Program-made: the position numbers and the translations under genes
Shown here: one piece after another, positions 25,499 through 36,969 of the stretch
Position numbering within the stretch: position 1 is the stretch's first letter
Layout of the letters: each line of letters opens with the position of its first letter
Origin: Octopus bimaculoides
Taxonomy: Eukaryota
NCBI RefSeq assembly: GCF_001194135.2
Contig: NC_068991.1
Coordinates: 24,662,848-24,719,385, forward strand
Length of the DNA: 56,538 nt
Direction of reading: 5' to 3'
Notes under the pieces: generated by a model
The model's input: the letters and a program-made list of their open reading frames with translations, nothing else
What the model was told of the DNA's origin: nothing
Database searches by the model: none

Positions 25499-25600
25499 TA
25501 GGTGAGAGAGAGACAGAGTAGGTGAGAGAGAGACAGAGTAGGTGAGAGAGAGACAGAGTAGGTGAGAGAGAGACAGAGTAGGTGAGAGAGAGAGAGTGTG
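25370..25600. repeat. (GA)n-derived 20-bp minisatellite (ggtgagagagagacagagta)n
   Basis: Four perfect copies at 25501-25580 plus partial copies. Confidence 0.9.
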
Positions 25601-27088
25601 TGTGTGTGTGTGAGAGAGAAAAGAAAAGTGTCATCAGATGAAGAAAAAATATTTTTTTAAATGATACTCAATTTTGTGTATATGTGCGTGTTTACATGTG
25701 CGTGTTTATGCGTATGTGTGTGTGCATGTGTTTGTATGTTTCTATACAGCCACAGACACACACAGACACACAATGTGTACAAGAGAAAAGTAAGAAAGGA
25801 AGTGAAAGAGAAAGAGTGAAACCTATCATGAAAGCAAAGAAGAATATGAATAAATAAAAGAAAACAAACCCCCAGAAAGTGCTTCTTTATCACAACTTGT
25901 ATACATTTCTAGGGAATAGACATTTCCTGAATACATCGCCACTATCAACCCAGCACAGATTTCTAGTTAGAAAATTTGATTATCATCAGAAAAGTAACCA
26001 GCATCCTTCTAGCTGTCAGATGATAGAACAAAGAGATGAAGCAATTTCCTAAGATATCAATAGGNNNNNNNNNNGAGTATCTAAATAAAACTCCACTCAG
26101 TCTCACTATTAACATTGCCATTGCTTTACCACCAACACCATCACTATGAATACAAACACTGTCTTTCTTCAAGAACACTAACATTACTTCCTCAGCAACA
26201 AACATTTACAGCATCAATCACCTTTAACACTACCAACAATATCATCACCACCATCACTATCAAAAATACCACAACCACCACTACCACCATTACCATTGCA
26301 CTGACATCCTCACTAACGAGAAGCTGCTAAGTGGGCCCTCAAGCTATCAGAAATCACAGCAAAATGGCAACCTGTTACAGGTCCAGTTTTACGCCAATTA
26401 GACAGATTTATTCAAATTGAGAGCCACACCAAGAACGGGCCCCACACACACTCTTGAACAGAGGATGCTACAATGAATTTTTAGTATATCAAGCCCTCAA
26501 CGTTTTTTGGCTGGGAATGGCATACAACACAAAGCATAAGACATCAGTCTTCAGCTTTTGTAGAGCAGAAGGCCTCACTCACAATTCTCTAATTGGATCC
26601 TGCACTTCCTTGTCCTAGCCTTGCCTACTGACATAAAGAAAGCAAGACATTGAATAATGTAGTCCTTGGTATACTGTCTAGAAATAAGACCGGATAGCTA
26701 CCTTTGGCATGCTGTCAGCCATAGGCCATCTCAATCAGAACACACCTGGGATTCAACAAAGACAGCATCAATACAACATCAAGTGTATCTACTATCATAA
26801 CTTTTATAGCAATAGCAAACACTACTATCTTCCACCAAACACTACAACAGTCAAGACCAATGATAACCACTGGTGTTAGCATTGCTGTCTTCAGCGATAA
26901 CCATCATGACCTCTTAAAACTACCAGAACCAATCCTAATCTTAATTCAAAGTAATAATTACTACAGTCTACCAAACAAAGAACAGACCAGACATGCTTTT
27001 GTGGAGGACTGCAAGCAAATGACACCATTTCTATGAATGGTGAACCTTTGTTTACAATCAGTGCACACACGAAAACATAGAGGAATAA

Positions 27089-27184
<96 letters not shown>

Positions 27185-27762
27185 CAGGCTTATTTTAGTT
27201 TTTGTCTTCTAATTTCATCCACAAGGTATGTGTATTATTCATATACACACATACAGGATAATTGTACAAGAAAAACTGTAATGTACCTGAAGTTGTAACT
27301 ATGAAAACAAGCAGCAGTAGCCATTAAAAAAATACCAAGGAACAACAGCAGTGACTTCATCAACAACAACACAAACAATTCCATCACAAATATCCCCCAC
27401 CAGTAATCAACAACTTGATCAAATCCATTTCTTGTTCAATTATAAGCCATTAACCCAAACCTTTAGGAGTGGAGAGGAAGACCATTAACAATGAAACATA
27501 AATAGATTGTATATTTGCTTTCCAGTGTGTTTAACTCCATTTCTAATGGAATCTATTAACATCTGAGGAGTTCTGAGACTTTTAGCATACTTTAGAGTTG
27601 CATTCCCCTCGCACACACACACACACACACACTTACCACACTTATCTCATTTCATCTACCTAATTAAACAGCTTGATTCGGTCAAAGGATTTATAACACT
27701 GAGCAGAGAATGTTATTCTCACCAGTAAAAGTTTTTATACTGAAATGGTTTTTTTTTTTTTA

Positions 27763-27922
27763 GGTGCAGGAGTGGCTGTGTGGTAAGTAGCTTGCTTACC
27801 AACCACATGGTTCCAGGTTCAGTCCCATTGCATGGCACCTTGGGCAAGTGTCTTCTACTATAGCCTCAGGCCGACCAAAGCCTTGTGAGTGGATTTGGTA
27901 GACGGAAACTGAAAGCCCGTCG

Positions 27923-27961
<39 letters not shown>

Positions 27962-28237
27962 CTATGTTTGTTCCCCCCCCCCCNNNNNNNNNNNNNNNNN
28001 NNNNNNNNNNNNNNNNNNNNNNNNNNNNNNNNNNNNNNNNNNNNNNATCGCTTGACAACTGATGCTGGTGTGTTTACGTCCCCGTAACTTAGCGGTTCGG
28101 CAAAAGAGACCGATAGAATAAGTACTAGGCTTCCAAAGAATAAGTCCTGGGGTCGATTTGCTCGACTAAAGGTGGTGCTCCAGCATGGCCGCAGTCAAAT
28201 GACTGAAAACAAGTAAAAGAGTAAAAGAGTAAAGAGT
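27763..28237 (+). mobile_element. Young full-length bipartite tRNA-derived SINE
   Basis: A-box/B-box-like head ggtgcaggagtggctgtgtggtaag...ggttcagtccc, core ccttgggcaagtgtcttctactatagcc, central microsatellite and gap, 3' module ending aagtaaaagagtaaaagag. Confidence 0.9.
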
Positions 28238-28604
28238 ATGTTTGTAACTGCCTTGTTGCTACTGGACATTATTGCAAGATATGGAAATACAGATTAAATC
28301 TTCTTAAAATTCTTCCAATCGCTAGAATTATTTCAAATTATCTATACCGATGTAGTTTTGCATGCTGATGACAAAAATCACTTTCATTTTTCTCAAGAAA
28401 TTAACAATAAAAAAGTTACGAGCACTTAAAGTTATGTAATTTTAACCAATCAGAAGCCTCCATTGCCAATATATGTTGGGAGGGATGGGGGTAGAAAGAG
28501 AGAAAGTGAACATTGACCTTGTAGCTTTCAAAGGCGGTCTGGAGTGAAATAGTGGATTGTAAAAGAAAAGCTTAAATAAACATTATACTATACTTCATCA
28601 TAAC

Positions 28605-28636
28605 CATGATAACAGACTTCCAAACAGGATAGTCCA
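28605..28636 (-). CDS. Candidate coding exon, 32 nt (GLSCLEVCYH)
   Basis: Acceptor atatctctgtcatag| and donor ATG|gttatg. Phase 2 in, phase 1 out bridges the flanking exons. Short enough to occur by chance. Confidence 0.3.
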
Positions 28637-29124
28637 CTATGACAGAGATATTGAGTACTTAACACTGACTAATCTACTTTTGATATTGGTCCTTTCAGGT
28701 GTAACCAAGAGCTATACCATAACAAAACCACACATACACACACATTCATAGATAGAGGAGGACCATTACAAATCAAATTCCTTGTGCAATTTTAAATTAC
28801 AAATTTCAAATTACTCAAGATCTGTACAATGTCTATACACGCACACACAAACACACACGTATGTATGTATGTATGTATGTATACCACTACATGGCCAATA
28901 TCAGCCAGATAGCCTTTATATAGATGTGGGCTGCCCATCTATATATTTAATTCTAAGAAAATGAGCTAGCTATGAACATATTCCTTAGTCAACATATTCA
29001 AACATATTCAAACTTAGAATCAAAACAGGGTTATCTTTGTCAAGTAAACACCAAATAGTGTATGTGTGTGTGTGTCTGACTATCAGTGCGCACGCGTGCA
29101 TGCATGCATGTGTATGTGTGTGTG

Positions 29125-29245
29125 CACAAGCTTGCCTCCCAACCACATGCTTCCAGGTTCAGCCTCATTGTGTGACACCTTAGACAAGTGTCTTCTACTA
29201 TAGCCATGGGCCAATCAAAGCCTTCTGAGTGGATTTGGTAGACAG

Positions 29246-29342
<97 letters not shown>

Positions 29343-29570
29343 ATGTGTGTGTTTATGTTTATCCCCTACTTACAACTACCACTTTACAACTAGTGTTGGT
29401 TTGTTTACATCCCTGCAACTTAGTGGCTTAGCATAAGAGACCATAGAATAAATAAAAAGCTTTAAAAAAAAGTACTGGAGTTGATTTGTTCAACTAAAAC
29501 CTTTCAAGACAATACTCCAGCATGGCCACAGTTCAATAACTAAAACATGTAAAAGGCAAAGGATATAAAA
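29125..29570 (+). mobile_element. Bipartite tRNA-derived SINE with long central (GT)n
   Basis: Homologous to 27763-28237 but more diverged. Confidence 0.8.
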
Positions 29571-29983
29571 TATTTCATTCTTTTTGGCAATAATAATACT
29601 AACAATGACTAAATCTCAAGTCAATGTTAACAGCAGCAGGAAAACCTAAATGACCATAGTCAATTGAACATATATTATCTCTCATTAGGAGCTGACAGAG
29701 CTTTCCAGTCCTTACCTAGAAACTATAACTACCAAACAATTCATTTACCAGTAAAAAGAATTTGCATGGGTAGGAGGAAGAATAAGGTGTTTATTTTTTT
29801 TCTTCACAATTTCACAGTTCCACTGCTAAGCAACAGGGTCAAAGCTTAAGTTAACATTGACAAGCATGTATGAAAGGTGATGTGGTTTTATGCTTGAGTC
29901 AGATATACAATTAATAATGAATGACAAGGGATTTCCCTTATCTGTGTAAGTATGTGTGGACATATAAGCACATATATAAATAC

Positions 29984-30028
29984 CAAGGATTGTTAGCTAG
30001 GTGGGTAAAGGAAGCATTAGCAGCCAGA
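29984..30028 (-). CDS. Candidate coding exon, 45 nt (LAANASFTHLANNP)
   Basis: Acceptor atatttatag| and donor TG|gtattt. Only the phase-2 frame is open, compatible with the neighbouring exons. Confidence 0.4.
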
Positions 30029-30434
30029 CTATAAATATTAATTATTAAATATAAAAAGCAATTGATTTTCAACTCATTATAAAAATGCTAATTAATGCAT
30101 GGAATTTAGGCTATGCATTCAGTAAACGTCTGGTATTTAGACAGGCTCAAGTTCAAAGTATGTACTAATGTATGATGATATTAAATCCTCTTGTCAAATG
30201 CTAAACTCCAAAATGTATTATATATAGGAGCTCTAAAACCCAAATAATTTCTATCTTTGCCCTGTGTCTTTACTGGGTGAGGAGAGCATGGGTGTTTATT
30301 ACACCATTTTCCTCTGGTGATTGAGACATTTTATTTCATATGGGTGTATAAAGTAATAATAATGAATATATATTATATCTGGGGGTGTATGTGTGCATGT
30401 GAGTCCAAGTAAATACAAAATACAATTGTATGTA

Positions 30435-30720
30435 CAGGGTGCATAAGGTATTTGAGGATATACTTTTTGGGGTCATTGCTGCATTTTTTGCTAACTCTGT
30501 ATAATCTTTGTTTCAGAAAATAATAAAGGCAGATGCTCAGCTTTCACAAGAAATGAAGAGACATGCTGTTATTGTAGTTATAAAGCCTGAGCATAGTGAT
30601 TTAGAAATATCTCGAATCTTAAAAGTTGCCAGATCTTTCATCTACAGAGTTTGTAAGCAGCTAGAGACTGCTTCTCACACTGAGAAGAAAGCATCAGTTG
30701 TTCCCTTTCTTGATAAGTCC
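30435..30720 (+). mobile_element. Tc1/mariner-like transposon 5' fragment
   Basis: TA|CAGGGTG terminus. ATG at 30553 gives MKRHAVIVVIKPEHSDLEISRILKVARSFIYRVCKQLE, an HTH-like transposase N-terminus. No right TIR seen. Confidence 0.55.
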
Positions 30721-31119
30721 TAAAATACACATATACATACATACATCTGCATAAATATGCATTTGTATGATGACAGTTAGTTCTATAATCCTATAAGATC
30801 ACTGAAAATAGGGATACACTGAATTGGTTTCCCATTACTTTTTCTGGGCCTACAGAAAGATTTCATCACTGCACTGACCAAAATACTCATAATTTGTACA
30901 GTGATTCTGCAGCCTAAAGCAGTGAACTACACTATTATATGGTGGTAATGAGTTAGACCAAGGTAAAATGATCCATTGAAAGTAATGTGTTATAGTCATG
31001 AACACTTTGTATGAATCTAGCTAAATGTATCATGTCAAATCAGTGCTGTTAGCTTTTGTATTCAAAACAGCATGGCTTTCAGGTAGTTAATAACAAAATG
31101 ATCATGTCTTAATTCTTAC

Positions 31120-31177
31120 AGGTTTCTTTTCTGTTCAGCATGGCAGTCCAAAATACTGACGTAATTTAAATGGCTAG
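31120..31177 (-). CDS. Candidate coding exon, 58 nt (xSHLNYVSILDCHAEQKRNx)
   Basis: Acceptor ttttcttgtttatag| and donor CT|gtaaga. Only one open frame; phase 1 in, phase 2 out. Confidence 0.55.
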
Positions 31178-32406
31178 CTATAAACAAGAAAATCGTAAAA
31201 TAATGAATGAATGACACAAGCCCAAACTACAGAACAACAAAGTAAAATGCAAGCAAAATGTATTTCACATACATGTTTTATAGGAAACAATTTAAAACAA
31301 ACAAGTCATACAAAAAAAGAATTCTTATCTATAGAAAACAACAAAGAGGTCAGGGAATATAGATTTTATCCAAGACATATATGTACTTCAAATTGTATAA
31401 TAAATACTGAGGTATTGTTCATTTAAATGCAAACTACTCTAAAATAACTTAGGCAGAAATTTATGGATACATATAAAGATAAAAACAGGTTTTATCTGAA
31501 TTGTAGACATTTCCTTTTTCAGGATTCTATTCTTATATTTTTCTCACTCCAATTCCTTTAAATATTTGTTTAAGTAAGACAGCCTATAACTTTTAAAGAA
31601 CCTCACAAAACACATAGAAGCCAGTTTTCCGTAGATAAAAGATCTATGGCCTACCACATTTAACTGAATCTCTATGCTACAAGATCTGAATAAATCAGTT
31701 AAACTTTGCTGTTATGTAAGAAGAACATTTCCTTTTTTGCAAAGAAGTCAAACTAATAAATAAAATTCTGTGTAAGATCATCAATATTTCTTAAATCAAT
31801 CAAACTTTCACATAAATTTGCACTGTTCTATGAAGTGATAGAATTTTTTTCCAACTACGAATTCAAAAGGCTCACAAACTCACTGACAAATAAGATTTGA
31901 TCGTTATTCTTCATTTGAAGTGGGAGGTGGGGAGTAGCATAGTAGTACTGTATATATGAAACAACTTGCTTGATCATTTAATAAGATTGGCTTAGTTTAT
32001 CTGCTAGGGTTTGATAAAATAATAAATTGCAATAAAAGTAGATCACATTGGTGAGCAAAGTTGTTCAGAAATAAAAGAAAATATGCATAATAACTTAAAT
32101 TTAATACAGTGAATTCTAATTTCCCAAGCAACATTGAGTAAAGGAGTTACAAAAGAAGAATAAATATCCTCTGCAAATAATTGATCAATTCACAGAATAA
32201 AAGATCAAAGATACCATACGTTACAAAGCTACAATTACATGTGATGAACACATAAATAAAAGAAAACCATATACACAATGCTCTAAAACTATAATACAAA
32301 CACCATGCACACATACGCATATAAATGAAAGCTCTCTAAGAGATAGACTACACACTCTCTATCGTTGGTAGACATTACTTAGCAACATGGACATGGTCAC
32401 TCATAC

Positions 32407-32443
32407 CTTCCACTAATCTTCTATTGAACATCAAGACTGACAT
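32407..32443 (-). CDS. Candidate first coding segment of unidentified host gene (MSVLMFNRRLVE); may lie inside a 319-nt exon 32407-32725 containing 5'UTR
   Basis: Strong donor GAAG|gtatga at 32406. ATG with A at -3 at 32443. Frame is open back to a TAG at 32591-32593. Strong acceptor tttttgtaacttctgtag| at 32726. Phase-1 exit matches the next exon. Confidence 0.35.
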
Positions 32444-33404
32444 TTTACCAGCCACAACCTTTTCACCAGATGATGGAGGACAACGAGTGTTTGGCAATTT
32501 TAGCAGACCCAGGTGCGCACACCAAGAATTGCCGTTCAAGTCAAAGGAACCAGCTGAGGGATGCCATTCACAAAGGGAAGACCGCAGCTGCTAACTGCTC
32601 ATGAATATCTGCAGGTATAACAGCTTCAGCATATGCTTATACATAGCAGTAATGACATCCCAAGTCCCATGTGGAGTGGATGATAGCAGCTGATGGATCT
32701 TTCAGGTCATGAATACCTATCCTTTCTACAGAAGTTACAAAAAGCAAATAAAGCACTTCAGTGCAACCAAGTGTTGGGTGAGACAAGTAATCTCAGTCAA
32801 GCTGTAATATACACAATGAAAGTAAAATAGAAGCTTCTGACTTCTGTCCTACTTTTCACAGCTAGCTTCTTTCAGGGTGATATCATCTCAACCTAGATTT
32901 TTTTACACTTGAATGGCAATTTCAATGGTTTAACTTGATCAATCACATCATCAAACTGGAATTACTAATAATGTTTCCTTTATATGCCATAAAAGAAATA
33001 CAAATATAACAATATATTGTACTGTACAGCAAGACAATATAGTACAAATTTACACATTAACAGGGCTATAGTATGTTACAGATATTAACAAAATTTTGTG
33101 TACCAACATCTGTCAAAAGAACTACATCTCACTTGATTTTTTTTTCATTTTTTAGTTAGTACCTATGGCTGGATGCCCTTTCTAACATCAACCACTTTAC
33201 AGAGTGTACTGGATATGATTATTATGACACCACCACAAGAGAGGCAGCCTAAAGGAATCTCAAGATCTTATGTGTCTGCTCACTTACTGATCACTTTACA
33301 GAATGAGAAGCATAAATGATAGTAGCTTGAAAGGGAGGGAAGCAGGTAGGCATACAAACTCTCTCCCCCCCCTTCCTCCTTCTTTATATATATATATATA
33401 TATC

Positions 33405-33680
33405 TCATCATCACCATTTAACATCCAGTTTCCTTACTGGCATGGGTTGGACGGTTTGACAGGGGCTGAGAAGCCAGAAAGCTGCACCAGGCTCTAATTG
33501 TCTGCTTTGGCGTGGTTTATACAGCAGGATGCCTTTCTTAATGTCAACCATTTTACAGAGTATACTGGGTGCTTCTAATGTGACACCAGCATAGGTGCAT
33601 TTTACATGCACCAACACAGGTGGTTTTTACATGGCACCAGCACCTGCAGGGTCGCTAAATAGCTTGCAAGACAAAGACCT
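33405..33680 (-). mobile_element. RTE 3' tail fragment
   Basis: catcaccatttaacatcc...ggcatgggttggacggtttgac...ggatgcctttc, homologous to the other RTE tails. Confidence 0.7.
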
Positions 33681-33949
33681 CTCAACTACGAAAGGGAGGG
33701 GAACCAAGAAAAGTGGCTGTGTACCAGGCAAGAGATCGGAGTATGATAGAGGGACAAAGATATAGAGGATACTTAGCTACCTCAGTAGGACAGGGAAGAA
33801 GAGGAATTGTGAGAGTTAGAAAGATAGAGACAGTCAGAATGAAAGAGGGCATATCCACAGGCAACAGTGGGGTGAGTATAAGTAGTAGACAGATAGAGGG
33901 GATGTTCCATATGAGATATAGGATGTTCCATAAGAGTTGTGAGGGATAG

Positions 33950-34170
33950 TGTTTAGAGATAGCAAGTGATGGTGAGAGAAAATGGAATGACTGGAACGTG
34001 AGTATGGTAGATATGTGAAGGCATGGAGGGTGTACAGATAGGCATGTGAAGGAGAATGGAATGGATGGTGAGTGTTAGGAAGATGGATTGTGGAGAGTTT
34101 TTCCAGAAGACAGAATTATGTGTGTGTATGAGAGGAAAGTTGAGATACGTGGCCATAAAGGACAAGACTG
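33950..34170 (+). mobile_element. Old degenerate LINE ORF2 C-terminal fragment
   Basis: Purine-rich strand; the peptide RRMEWMVSVRKMD...RGKLRYVAI resembles the RTE post-RT region. Confidence 0.3.
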
Positions 34171-34245
34171 TATGTATGGATAGCTATGATTTTACTTAAC
34201 TTGACATGTCTTCTCAATATATATATATATATATAGATAGATATA

Positions 34246-34615
34246 GTCGTCGTCGTTGGCTGCGTCTCGTGTTTCCGAGCTTGCAATCCTGTTCATTTTC
34301 CCGGATGTTTGAACCGCAGATGGCTCCGCAATCCAAGGGTTGAATGAAACATATGGGGATATTGTGGACAAGGGATAGAAGGGGTTGGTTTGGGAAGGAG
34401 AAGGCGCTGCTTTCTCTCCCATCTCTTGAGTTCAGCTCTTGCGACTAGGACTTTCTCGAAGTCCGCTGAACCTGTTTTGATGGTGTGTCTCCAGAGGGGT
34501 CTGTTTGCCGAGATATCCTCCCAGTGTGTGGGGCTGATGTTGGTGCTTTTCAAGGTTGATTTGAGTTGGTCCTTGTACCGCTTCAAGGGGGCTCCACGAG
34601 GACATTTTCCTTCAG
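34246..34615 (-). mobile_element. Young RTE (BovB-like) LINE 3' end inserted into (TA)n
   Basis: Intact peptide EGKCPRGAPLKRYKDQLK...WEDISANRPLWR...CPQYPHMFHSTLGLRSHLRFKHPGK*, short 3'UTR, (ACG)n tail; (TA)-rich flanks on both sides. Confidence 0.85.
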
Positions 34616-35009
34616 ATATAGATATATATATATATATATATTTGTAAAATTTTGAGGAGGGGGAGGAAGAGAGGAGGAGGAAACTCACATTTTTGACCTT
34701 AGAAAAGTACAATTCTGTTTTCTACAAGAATTCTAGTAAACATTCTTGTGATACGAGAAGACTTGCTGTCACCAAACCTCAAGATAGGTACATGGTCTGA
34801 AATTTTGAGAGAGGAAGTTAGTTGATTAAATTGTCCTCAGTATTTGAGTGATACTTCATTTTATCAAACCTGGAAGTATGAAAGACAAAATTGATCTCAG
34901 GATATAAAAGAGTCAAAACAAATACTGCAAAACATTTTGTCAGATGCTAACAATTCTGGTAATCCACCACTCTCAATAATAATGGTGATGATAATAAGGA
35001 TTTCAAGGG

Positions 35010-35222
35010 CAGCAAGTAGGCAGAATCATTTGAATGCTGGGCAAAATGCTTAGCAGCATTTTGTCTGTTCTTACGTTCTGAGTTCAAATTTTGCCGAGGT
35101 CGATTTTGCCTTTCATCCTTTCGAGGTCGATAAAATAAGTACCAGTTTTGCACTGGGGTCAACATAATCAATTTACCCCTCCCCGAAATTGCTGGTCTTC
35201 TGTCAAAATTGGAAAGCAATAA
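35010..35222 (+). mobile_element. SINE with Deu/Nin-like central domain
   Basis: gccgaggtcgattttgcctttcatcctttcgaggtcgataaaataagtaccag. Decayed reverse copies at about 34745-34950 and 22900-23060. Confidence 0.65.
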
Positions 35223-36006
35223 TAAGGGTTTAATTTATTTGTCACCAGAGTGATGGATAACAACAGCAAAATTCCACATAACCAAAACTAATGAAGTTGT
35301 ATTTATGCAATGAAAGCATGCAGTAAAAATAACACTAGTGTTATAACAGCAACAGCAACAACAACAATAATAATTTTTTTTAATAATAATACATACACAC
35401 ACACAAAACAGCAGTATCATAGATAACTACAGTAACAATGCTGTTTATAATTGAAATTTCAGATTGATTTCCTTGTCAAGGCAAATAGCGCTTTTGTTAA
35501 GAAAGAGAACATAAAATGGTTTGAGAAGTTGCAGGAAGAATAGAGGAGGATCAAATAAAGTGACATGTCAAGAACGATGATCATCTGTCATGATTAAATG
35601 GAAGACGAAAACAGAAAACAACAGAGAAATCTGCAGACAATTGCCTAAAAAAGTGAAGTGGAAAGGCAGAACAGCATGTTGGAATGATGAGTCAAGCATG
35701 GCTTTTATGTGCTTGGTTGGTTAGTTTGGTTTGTCTGTTTGTTTTTCTGTTTACTTTCGTTTTTGTTCCTTTTGCTCCATAGCAACATGAAGCACTCAAG
35801 GACAGGCACACGATGTCTTGTGATATCACATGAAATATGGCAAGAAGTTGAATAGATTACATTGGAAAAAAGACATAAATAAACACACATGTACATAAAT
35901 CTAAAAATTGAAAATACTGCTAGCATATGTATTTGTGTGTAGATACATAATAACCACATGTATTATATATATTTGTGTGTGTGTGTATATATGTGTGTGT
36001 GTGTGT

Positions 36007-36102
36007 ATCATCATCATCATCATCGTTTAACGTCCGCTTTCCATGCTAGCATGGGTTGGACGATTTGACTGAGGACTGGTGAAACCAGATGGCTACACTA
36101 GG

Positions 36103-36105
<3 letters not shown>
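36007..36105 (-). mobile_element. Very short young RTE tail insertion
   Basis: Nearly identical to 47781-47885 and to the reverse complement of 16950-17048. Confidence 0.8.
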
Positions 36106-36151
<46 letters not shown>

Positions 36152-36179
36152 TATATATATATATAAACATATACATGCA

Positions 36180-36217
<38 letters not shown>

Positions 36218-36486
36218 TACACAATGTACATACATATGTATACACATGCAATATACAAATACCCATAATCACACATAATTCAAAGCAAAAATTGCACTCA
36301 AATATAAACAACACACAGATACAATAGAAGACATAACTGTATATATACATGTAGGGATGGCCTGGAAACTTGACTGAGGAGAGAAGGGCTTGGGTGACCT
36401 GTCCTTGTTTTGTCCTGTCCGTCTTCGTGTCGTCTGTCTGTCCGGATGTTTTGTTGTCATTTGTTGCATTCTTGTTTCGTTTTTTG

Positions 36487-36517
<31 letters not shown>

Positions 36518-36798
36518 CTAACAAAGTCATACACACACACAAGTAGTATACATTAAACATATATATACAACACAAATATAATTAAGGAGAAAAAATAAGT
36601 TATATAACTCAGTACATACATACACAACATACATTAGATATAAAATAAACATACATATACATCTATATACAACCTTTGAAAGACAGAAATGTAAACACCC
36701 ATATCTATTTCCAACTATACATAAACTAAAATGTATATTCCCATTATCTGTATTTTCTTATAGATATATGTGCATGTGCATGGTTGATAATCACCATC

Positions 36799-36860
<62 letters not shown>

Positions 36861-36878
36861 TTTATACACACACACACA

Positions 36879-36910
<32 letters not shown>

Positions 36911-36969
36911 TACACATATATACACACATATACATACACACACACACACACGCACATATATATTATACA

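Noticed and set aside
26115-26330. Thr-rich mucin-like reading
   Set aside because: (ACC/ACT)n low-complexity DNA without convincing splice sites.
29700-29745. tttctag|gtaagg on the minus strand, resembling a recursive splice site
   Set aside because: Weak pyrimidine tract; such motifs arise by chance in 56 kb; all coding microexon options hit stops.
2218-32443. Naming the host gene (several helical-repeat and ciliary proteins considered)
   Set aside because: Only scattered, inconsistently spaced resemblances from memory; no symbol can be supported without a search.
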